From Paramoeba atlantica (taxonomy: Eukaryota > Protista > Discosea): 64,000 nt of DNA. Below are positions 22,754 through 32,347 of this stretch, piece by piece. A program made the position numbers and the translations under genes. The first letter of the stretch is position 1, and each line of letters begins with the position of its first letter. The stretch lies in contig CDRNVI010000200.1 of the NCBI GenBank assembly GCA_977017575.1, positions 4,133 through 68,132 of the forward strand, given 5' to 3'. A model generated the notes under the pieces. That model did not search any database and was not told the origin of the DNA. It saw only the letters and a program-made list of their open reading frames with translations.

Positions 22754-25700
22754 GGACCCTCAACCTCTATTGTATGAGAGGTAGAAGTTGTTCTTTTGAG
22801 AGGTTCTTCTCTTTTTTCTTTACTCCAAAGATCTTTGAAAGAGTGGAGTAGAGTTGCTAATTTTTCTTTTTGAATAGCTGTCAAATTTGTTAAGTTAATT
22901 TTGAACTCATTATAAACTTGTTGAAGTTCTGGATTCCAAGTTTGCAGGGAATCAGATTCATCAGTGGGCTTTTGGGAATCTGCCAATTTTGCTGCAAGCA
23001 TTTGAATAACTGGTTCTTTGCCAATACCATTGAATTGTTTGTTTTTAATAAAGGGTTTGTTGTCTTTTTGGAGTTGTTTTGGATAGATTGGTTCTGTTTT
23101 CTGCCAATTGCAATTGGGTGTTTTGTGTTTTTGTTCCGGTTTTTTCAGTGAAGAAGGGTTTCCTTCTTGAAATTAAATTTTGTTTCCATAATAGGATTTT
23201 TTGTGAGCTCAATGAGCTCTGTATCAGCCACATCTTGTTCGTTGACCATGTAGACTTTTCCAAGCACAGCTTTGTCTGGTATGGTAATGGTTTGTGCTGT
23301 TGGATTTGCTACCAACAGTGTGATTTCTCCATCACTGTGGATGTCCACAAGTCCAGGAAAAGCCAGCAGCTTTCCACCTCCAGTGACTATCGGTATAAAG
23401 AATCTTTGTGGCGATGTGATAGGTCCAACTAATTTGAGTGTTATTATTTTTAAAGCTCTTGGCAGACACTTTGCCCTCACAGCTTAGGCATGAAGTAATC
23501 CTGCATGACCAAAGATCTTTAAATGCTCAAGTACAAGTGGATCCATCTGATTAGAGAGATCTGAGGGGGGGTTTGCTTGTGTTTGGAATTTACCCCTGTA
23601 AGTTATGGTGTTGTCACTTGGATTATATGCAATTCGCATGTGATGCAAGGTTGGTCAACCGATTAAGCATTGAACTGGCAAGTAATCAACAATGAGAAAC
23701 CATAACTTAACAGTGCATTTCCCAAATTGAAATGTGGTTGCAATTGCCTGCTTAGTGAGAGTTTGGGTTGAATTTCCCATTGCAATGCAGAATGGAGTTT
23801 CAAGTTCTCTGATTTCCTCAGTTTTGAATCCATGTTTTTGCATTAATTCTCAGCTAATAGCATTGAGTCCTGCCCCAGTATCAAGGCAGGTGACCATTTG
23901 GAGGCCTCCCACAGTTGCTTGAAATTCCAGTGGTGATCCAATTATTGTTGTGACCTCATCAGCTTTTTGTGGATGGGCGTTTTGGGTTGGAAGATGCTGC
24001 AACAGTTGGAATTCTGCTTCGCAGGGAGCAGATGCAGGTGCCTGATGGGCTGTTCTCTCAATCATTCCACAGTGTGTTTTGTGTTCTTTGCAAAAAGACA
24101 ATTTGAGAGATGTTTGAGCATGAGGGATTTCCTTTTCTGATTCACAACCGTCAAGTTTGTATGACATGGTCTGACATTGTTTATCAAAAGGAGAAATTCT
24201 CTCATCAGTCTCAATATTAATAAAAGCAGCAGGGTAATTTTGGAAAGGTTTATTAGCATTACCTTGTTGAATAGCAGGTTGTGCTTGAGCAACAGTTTGT
24301 TGTTGTTGTGGAGGCGAAGCAGCAGGTTGTGTGGCTGCTTTTTGGAGGTGTGGGGTCAAAGCAGCCAGTAACTTTGGAACAAATGAGTCAATCATTTGCT
24401 CTTCAGTTCATGGTTTCTTTGTGGGGGGTTCCCCAGTGTTGCGAGGAGGTTTGTGAGGATTGTTCCTGCGAGCATTTGGGTTTCCACATGGATTGTGTGG
24501 TGGTTGTTTGTACCTTCTCTTTGATGGAGGTGGTTCATTACCAGCTCACAGAGCCACAATCACTCGACAATCTTTGTCAGCATGGGTGATATTGAATCCA
24601 TGAATGGAGCAGCAATAGACAAAAGAAGCATTTGTCAAGTTTGGAGTTTTGTTAAAACAGGTAAATTGTTCACAGTATCCGAGAACTTGAGGGCAGTTCA
24701 GGGAGGAGTGATCAGTACTGGCGCAAGCCAAACACATTGTCTGCTGCTGCAGATCTTGTGCCGCATCTCTGAATTCCTGACCGTGAGGGTCCAGGTGGAG
24801 TATAGGTGTGGGTGAAGGAGTGGTATTGGAGCGGATGAAAGGATATTTTGGTTGGCTCTTGCATGAGATAGCTGTTTCTTCAGAGGGTTGATCAGGTGAT
24901 AACCTCTTGACCGCTTGCCAGGCTTCTGAGAAAGGTGAGGAGAGGATTTTGTCTTGTAGAGTTTGGAAGATTCGGGGGTCAGTCAACCGTATGCCTCTCT
25001 CATACTCTCTCTCTGCTGCTTGGCGGAAGATTTGAAGGTGTTGGGAGAGTTTGATTGAATTGTCAAACACTAACTGCGCGATCCACCTCGTCGAGACCAG
25101 TGAGCTGTTGGATCCCAGTTCCATGTTAATGGCTGTCAAGAAATCTTGAAAAGGTTGGAAGGAGGTGGCAACCACGGTGTAGCCCTTCGACTTCAAGTGT
25201 TTAGACAACACTTGAGAGAGAAATTTGTGGTTCGGCCAGAAGTCGCAAGTCCATGTATAGTAGATGTTGGAGAGAAAATGGGTAAAGCGTGTCTGACTGT
25301 TTTCACCTGTCGCAGGGGGTGTGAGGCTTGAGTCCAAGAATGATTCAAAAGATTTTTGAATTGTCTTGTGGGTTTTTGCTTCATACGGGGTAAGGTTCTT
25401 TGGGAGAGGAACCTTCTCGTTCGGTTCAGGCTCGCTGATGATAGTCGAGAGGTCGAGGTTGCCAAAGTTCAAGTTTGGTTGAGGTCGTTGCTGAGTTGCA
25501 TTCTCATTCACAGCTGTTTAACCAAGGGTGGTTCGACCCAAGACAGTTTCATCAGTGTTTGTGTTACGGTCCATAAGTTCGAAACGGCGTCGCCAAGTGT
25601 GCAGATTAAGTTCTACAGGGGTTGCAAGAGAAAAGGGAAAGCACAAGTTTTTGTCAGGAAAGTTAAAAGTGGTTTACTAAGGAGGTTAAAGGTCAGGTGT

Positions 25701-25800
25701 GACGAAAGGAAAGGTCCGTGGAGAATTCTTGTTTGTTGTTGTTTGTTGTGGAGAGAGAAAAGAAGGGAGAAGTTCACAAACATCATTCAATAATTTCATA
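22753..25800 (-). mobile_element. Ty3/Gypsy-like LTR retrotransposon fragment (gag, zinc knuckles, aspartyl protease; truncated at start of RT), decayed
   Basis: One frame runs from ATG 25574 to ~23160, followed by one frameshift. It contains CLACASTDHSSLNC (CX2CX4HX4C), CSIHGFNITHADKDC, protease LDTGA...CLIG*PTL, a LLVANPTAQTITIPDKAVLG spacer typical of Gypsy pol, and HTIEVEGP at the RT border. Stops are TAA 25518, TGA 24546, 24408, 23850, 23655 and TAA 23484. A possible PBS TGGCGACGCCG at 25595-25585 lies just upstream of the ATG. There is no second LTR, so the 5' LTR boundary (~25600-25800) is inferred. Confidence 0.85.
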
Positions 25801-25921
25801 AAATAAATTTTAGAAATGTGTTTTGAAATAAGAAACTCATTTGATTATCAACTTCATTCAAAAAGAAATCAATTTTTTTCATACCCTTCACTCAAAATAA
25901 AAAGAAAAAGAAAATGAAAAC

Positions 25922-26555
25922 TGTGGTTTGAATATTAATGTCGGATCCATGTTCAACAAGAATTTTCACAATTTTTTCTAAACTGCTGGAAGCAGCATAG
26001 TGAAGAGCAGTCCATCCACCCTTTAACAAAAAGAAAGTTGTTACCAAAAGAATAAAAAGAAAAGAAATATCACACAACACAACATGAAAAACAAAGAATG
26101 AACCCACAACAACAAATAAAGAAATGAGAAAAAACAAAGAAATAAAAATCAAAATCAAAAAAGAAAATCAAAACTTCATCTTGAAGATCAACATTGGATC
26201 CATGTTCAACAAGAAATTTCACAATTTGTTCAAAACCTTTGGAAGCAGCATAGTGAAGAGTGGTCCATCCACCCTTTAACAAAAAGAAGTTATTAAAAAA
26301 AAAAGATCAAAATCAAAATCAAATATCACACAACTATTCATACTCCATCACATCAGAATAACAAATGAGAGAGAGAGAGGAGAGAGATAGATTGAGTTTG
26401 AAAAAAAAAACCTTGTCTTTGAAGTTGAGATCAAGTTCGAATTGTTTGTTTTTGTTTCCAAGAAGAAGAACTTTGACAACTTCTTCATCCCCTTTCTCAA
26501 CACCTTCAAAAAGTTCCTTTGTTTCTTTGTTTGGATATTCTTCTGCAACATCCAT
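25922..26555 (-). CDS. Ankyrin-repeat protein, 5' part (3 exons; apparently truncated)
   Basis: Exons: 26555-26412 (MDVAEEYPNKETKELFEGVEKGDEEVVKVLL...DK), 26273-26175 (GGWTTLHYAASKGFEQIVKFLVEHGSNVDLQDE) and 26020-25922 (GGWTALHYAASSSLEKIVKILVEHGSDINIQTT). All have GT-AG phase-0 borders. No downstream exon is evident before the LTR element. Confidence 0.85.
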
Positions 26556-27119
26556 CTTCTTTTTTTGTGACACAGAGAGAGAGAGAAGAGAGAGAAAAAA
26601 GAGAGAAAGAAGAAAGGGAAAAGGAAGAAAGAGAGAAGGAGGAGAAAGAGAAGGGAGGAGAAAGAGGAGAGGGGGAAGAGGAGAAGAAAGAGACGGAAGA
26701 AGAGGGAGAAGAGAAAGTGTGTCAGAGAAGAGAGAAAAAAAGGAGAGAGAAGAGAGCATTCCCGAAAAGAATGGGTCGGGACTTTTTCTCTTTTTTTTGA
26801 GTGAAGGGCATGAAAAAAATATGAGAGCTTTTTTTTCCCAATTTTTTAATCTTGACTTTCAAAAACTATTTGATTCCACAAAAAGAGGAAAGATTTGATC
26901 ATCTCTTTAATTTCATGTTAAATTATTCTTCACAGACACCTTATGAACTCCAAGAGGAATAAGAGTTTCTCCTCTTTGAGAATCTCAAAGAGAGGAAAAT
27001 TAAACTTGAAGAGAATTGTGGAATGAAATACTCAAACAAAAGATGTCTTGGCTTCATTATTTTTTTGTGTGAGTTGAAAAAGGAAATGTTGGTTGAAAAA
27101 GAAAAAAGGTTTAAATAGT

Positions 27120-28428
27120 TCAAAAGGTGAAGTACTTTGTCTTTCTGTTTGATTCTAATGTTTTTCCAATCTCTTTTCCTCTCTCTCTGAAATCTTGTTC
27201 ACATTTTTTTTTCTGGTCTAATAAACCTCTCAAAATCAATGACTGTCCATCTCCAGGATCATAACTTAAACTTGTTTGAAACCTTTTTCCAGCTCTCGCA
27301 ATCGAATGTTGAAGAGTTTTTAGAAGAGAGACTGGAATACTTTGCAAAAGTTGCTATTTTACAAAGAAAAGTTAAAAAATAAATTTAAAAAAGTATGATC
27401 AGACTTTTGGAAAGGAAAAACCTTCAAGTCAATCTTCCCTTTCAAAAAATCTTTCCTTGATACCAGAACACGAGTTCTATTTCTCCAGCCATGCCAATGA
27501 TATGGTGACATTGCATCTGTCATTTTCGAAAATAAAACAGGAATACATCCATAGGTTATTGAATCTAAAAAGAAAAAAATTAAGAATTCAAGAAAGATAG
27601 ATCTAAAGAAGAGAGAAGAAAAACAAAATACCAATAATAGATTTTCGATAGGGATTATCACCCATCGGTTCAAGACAAAAAACTGCCTCTTTTTTTAAAA
27701 GAATTCTTTTTTCTTGGTCCAATGTACAAACACGCTGAAATTATTTTTAAAATTTAAGATAAATTAATCAAGAGAATTAAAAAGAAAAAAGAAAGAAGAA
27801 TAATTGAGAGACCTCATTATGATAACTCTGGCAATCTTCCATAATTTTTTTTCGAAGTGGAATATCTCCATGTAGTTTTGTTGCTGTTGTATACAACATC
27901 AAAATTGGTCGAGTCTTTTTCAAAATGTTAGTGAGAACCAAAAAAAAAACAGAAACAAATTTGAAAATATTTAAAATAAAAAGGAAAGAGAAAAAGAAAA
28001 AATCATTAACAGAGAAAAAGATACTCGATTTGAAAGACCCCAAGGGGGTGGATCCGTAAATTTATTGGACCAATGAACACTCGAAGGATGAAAAGCTGGA
28101 ACAAGGTAGGGAAACTCATCTTTGCTTTTCTATTTTTTTCATCCAAAAAAAGGTAAGATTGGAAGAACAAAATATCCAGAAATATTCATTTCTCACACCC
28201 CCCCAAAAAAAACACAATCCAAAAAAATACAAAGAAGAGGGAAAAAAGGAGAAAAAAACCGCAATAAAAGCCATTTCAACTTGAGTAAGAGGATCAGCAT
28301 GTCGAAATTCCTCATATTGATGAATTGGACTTCCAGCGACTCGCAACATCCGAGAAAATTGGCCTTTTGGGCTTGCAAACCATGATCTACAACTCCTCGC
28401 ATTGTTAATTGCTGTGTGTTTTGTTTTG

Positions 28429-28459
<31 letters not shown>

Positions 28460-29348
28460 TGAAAGAAAGGTTAATCAACTTTCCAAAAAAAAAAAGTGAT
28501 TCTGCTGGTTTGTTACTCTAGAAAAATTACTATAGAAAAAACCTTGGGGATGAAACATAAAGTGACTACAAGAATTAATGCCTCTGAGATGTATCAACAA
28601 TTTTAAAAGCTCAAGGTGCATTTCCTAAAAAAAAAAACTCTTATCAGCAAAGGGAAATAAATAAAAAAAAATATCAATCCTAGAGAAAAAAAGGAAGAAA
28701 GAGAAAGGGGGAAGGAGGGGAGAAACCAACCTTGTTAAGGTGAGCATGACCTCGTCTTTCATTTTTACAAAATTCACCTCCCCATTTTCCATCATTTAAA
28801 AACAAAGGAATAAAGAAAAGATCTGCTTTTTGTGGATCTGTTGTTAAATAACAACCTTTTCTCAATTGATTGTCAACAACAAGACGATGAAGAAACACAA
28901 TCCCTTCTGCCCATTGTGGTGTGTAAAAGTCATATTGTTTTGCTTGTTTTCCCGCTGAGATGTTTTTGATTATATTTTCTTCTATGTACTTTTCTGCTGT
29001 AACATCGGCAAATGAGAGAGGTCCTTGGATATTCTCTGGCATATCATACACAAACACCTTTTTTTTTGAAAAAAAGAGAGAAAGAAGAAAGAGAGAAAAG
29101 AAAAATCAAAAAAAGGAAAAAGAAAGAAAAAAAAAAAAGAAACAAACCTTCACACAACTGGTAGCAGGTTTATAATCAGTAAGTTGGGATGGCTCAAGCC
29201 TTGCCAATTCCTTCGCATTCTCCCAATACTGATGATAGTCAAACTCTTCCTCTTTGCTCACTTTGTTTTTGTTTGTCCCTGAAACCAAGAGAGTTTTCTG
29301 CATAAAACTGACAATGGCGATAATGGTGATGATTCTCCCCCACCCCAT
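27120..29348 (-). CDS. Exostosin-family (GT47) glycosyltransferase, multi-exon, N-terminal signal/anchor
   Basis: Exons read MGWGRIITIIAIVSF..., VFVYDMP...TTDPQKADLFFIP, CLEPMGDNPYRKSII, DSITYGCIPVLFS and a final exon ending at 27120. These match GT47 motifs (VYVY, DP..ADLFFVP, FCL.P.GD, DSI..GCIPV). Internal exon borders are approximate. Confidence 0.75.
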
Positions 29349-29723
29349 TCTTATTCTTTCTCTCTCTCTCTCCAAACCAAACAACTCACACCCAAAAACT
29401 GACAACACAACACGAATGCCTTCCCAAACCCAAAAAAAAAAAACAAAAAAAAATTGTTGCCAAAAAAGCTGTTTCTGTTTTCTGTTTGTTGGATGGAATA
29501 TTCTTGTCGATTCTTGAATTTCTTTTTTGTGAAATAAATAGTACACTTTCCCAGAGGATTTTGATTCATTTTTTTCTTAATTTTATGACAGAACAATTCA
29601 ATCGCCTGACAATCGAGTTTCAAATGGGTCTCTGACCCGATCGATCAAAAAAGATTCCTTTAACTCTTCAAACCACAAGAAATAAATCGTTAACAAGAGG
29701 AGAAGAACAAGGAGAAGAAACAG

Positions 29724-30641
29724 TCAGCCTTTTTTTGGGATCAGACTTTTGTGGATATGAGGGATGATACCACCTGGAAGGAAGGAAAGAAAATCAATTA
29801 CAATAAAAAAGGTGGGGAGGCGAAACTTTTTCAAATTCCAAACCATTTGAGATGTAACCCTGACATAAAGTATCAAGTTCTTCATCTCCACGAATAGCCA
29901 AAAGGATATGGCGTGGAGTAATTCTCTTTACTTTCAAGTCTTTTGCTGCATTTCCAGCAAGTTCCAATATTTCTGCCGACTACCCAAAAAACAAAACAAA
30001 AAAAAATAATTAGAAAAAGAAAAGAAAAAAAAAAAAAAAGGAAAAAATCACAAACGAGATACTCCAGGACAGCAGAAACATAAACAGGAGCACTACCACC
30101 AACACGAGAATTGGTCACTTTCTTCATCAAAGTATGAAATCTTCCAACAGGAAATTGAAGACCAGCCCTTTTTGATCGACTTCCCCCATCAGTTACCTTG
30201 ATACAAATCAAAATTTAAATGAGAAGAAGGAGGAGAATAAGAAGAATATAGGATCTCGATGTGATTATCCAAAGAGAGAGAAGAGATTTTTCAAACCCAA
30301 CATCAACCCACCACGACAAAAAAAAGAAAGAGAAAAATGAATAGAACCCTTGACTCGAATCTACGGACAGCTTTTGTCCCTTCAGAAACGGCATGTTTCG
30401 CTAATTCACCAGGCATGATTAGTCTGACAGCAGTCTGAATTTCCCTTGATGTGATGGTTGTCTTCAGATGCAAATCTTTCAACTGGACAGCGTCCAGTAA
30501 GAGCTTGTTAAAGATCTCATTAACAATATCGTTTACCACTTCCATTCCTTTTGAACTTATCCCAGTGTGTGGGTGCACTTGTTTCAGAACAAGGTAGATA
30601 TAAGTGTGGAATCTTCTTTGTTTCCGAAGCCTTTGAGCCAT
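29724..30641 (-). CDS. Predicted fused histone H2B-H2A(.Z-like) doublet, 4 exons, ~206 aa
   Basis: Exon 30641-30348 is H2B ([20 protein letters not shown]...[31 protein letters not shown]). Intron 30347-30197 is GT..AG. Exons 30196-30056, 29979-29844 and 29773-29724 are H2A.Z-like ([66 protein letters not shown]). Both histone folds are certain; the fusion is inferred from splice phase and the absence of an H2A start codon. Confidence 0.85.
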
Positions 30642-30833
30642 TTTTCTTCTTTTCTGTTTGGCAGATTCGGCTGAAGAGTTTGGCAAACCAACCAACAAAA
30701 TCAGCAAATGAAAGGGGACACCTTCCTTTTTAAGGGGACACCTTCTTTTTTCTTGGTTTCTTTTCTTTCCTTCTTCTCTTTCCTTCTTCTCTCTCCTTCT
30801 TCTCTTTCTTTCTTCTCTTTTTTGAAGGAGAAA

Positions 30834-32025
30834 ATGATGTGGAAGAGAAAATCTTTCTTTTTTCTCTTTCTTTTCATCCTATTTGAAAAACAAATTTTGG
30901 CAAAATCAGAAGATAGAAAAGAAAAAGAAAGAGAAGATGGTTTGATTGTGTCTTATGTAGTAGACAAAACTTTTCCTCATGATTCTTCTGCTTTTACACA
31001 AGGCATTTTTCTTGATCCTTTTGATCCTTCTTATTTTTATGAAGGTTTTTTTCTTTTTCTTTTTTCTATTTTATTTTTTTTGATTTTTTTGATTTTGCTT
31101 TAAACATAATAATCCCCTTTCTCTTTCTCATTTCTCTTTTCTCTTTTTCTCTTTTCAGGAACTGGAATGTATGGAGAGAGTGCTTTAAGAAAAGTGAATG
31201 TTGGGACAGGAAAAGTATGGAAACAACGAAAGATTGATCAACGCCACTTTGGAGAAGGAATTGCCTTTCATAAAGGGAATATTTATCAACTTACTTGGAG
31301 AGAGAAATTCATTTATCGATATTCAATGAAGGAAAGCAACGAGTTTTGACTCTTTTTTTTTTCTCTTTTGGATATTTTTTCTTTTATTTTTTCTTTTATT
31401 TTTTCTTTTATTTTTTCTTTTATTTTTTCTTTTATTTTTCTTTTCTTTTTTTCTTTTTATTTTTTTCTTTTATTTTTCCTCCTTCTTCTCGTAACAAGAG
31501 TCTCTCTTTTAAAAAAGGTGGGTCAAGAAAAAACGAGAAATATTTAAAGGCCCTGGCTTCCTAAAAGAAGGATGGGGTTTAACATCAGATGGAAATTACC
31601 TCATTGCCTCAGAAGGAACCTCAAAATTATATTTTTTCACAATCGAAGAAGGAGAAAGAGATTCTGTCTTGGCCAAAACTTTAACTGTGAAACTGAACGA
31701 GAAACCCATCTCTCTCTTGAATGAGTTGGAGTATATTGGAGGGTATATTTGGGCAAACGTCTGGTATTCCACTCGAATCTACATCATTGATCCCCAAACT
31801 GGAAAAGTTGTTCTTTTCATTGAAGCTGAAAATCTTAAAACTACTGGCGATGTGCTCAATGGGATTGCGTATGATCCTTCGAATGATCTTTTGTATTTGA
31901 CTGGTAAATATTGGCCAAATGTTTATTCTGTCCGCTTGATTTGTTCAAATGGTAAAATTCCAAAACCTATTTCAGACATTGTTTCGATTTGTACTGCACA
32001 TTCTTGGAAGGAGGATGAGCTTTAA
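30834..32025 (+). CDS. Glutaminyl-peptide cyclotransferase, plant/bacterial beta-propeller type, with signal peptide
   Basis: Motifs [60 protein letters not shown] and TGKYWP are diagnostic of this family. The gene is multi-exon. Confidence 0.9.
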
Positions 32026-32347
32026 AATAAAAAAGAGAAAAAAGACCCACCAAAAATTGAGATATTTTATTTCTGGAGATTTCCCACATTAAACTTGCAA
32101 AGAGCAAATAGAGAATAAAAAGAAAACCTTTGAGAGAAAGTTTTATTTTGATTTTATTGGTAAATGAATTATTTAAAATTCATATTCTTCAAAATAAGAG
32201 AGTAAGAGAGAGGAGTAGATCGAAGAGAGAAGAGAGAAGAGAGAAGAGAGAAGAGAGAGAGAGGGAATTTCACCCCCCACAAAAAAGAGAGATCTCTTGA
32301 AACAAACAGCAAAGTACAAAAACAAGTCGAATCAAAAAAAAAAACAA

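Noticed and set aside
11059-25574. TGA recoded as a sense codon (alternative genetic code or readthrough)
   Set aside because: Host genes in the window end at TGA (27120, 29724, 48641) and have no internal TGA. In-frame TGAs are confined to retroelements and are explained by CGA>TGA mutation.
29882-30707. Separate H2A (TTG start 30211) and H2B (ending [14 protein letters not shown]) genes as in the ORF track
   Set aside because: The H2B hydrophobic tail and the H2A ICIK start are intron sequence by composition and splice signals. No in-frame ATG is available for a stand-alone H2A.
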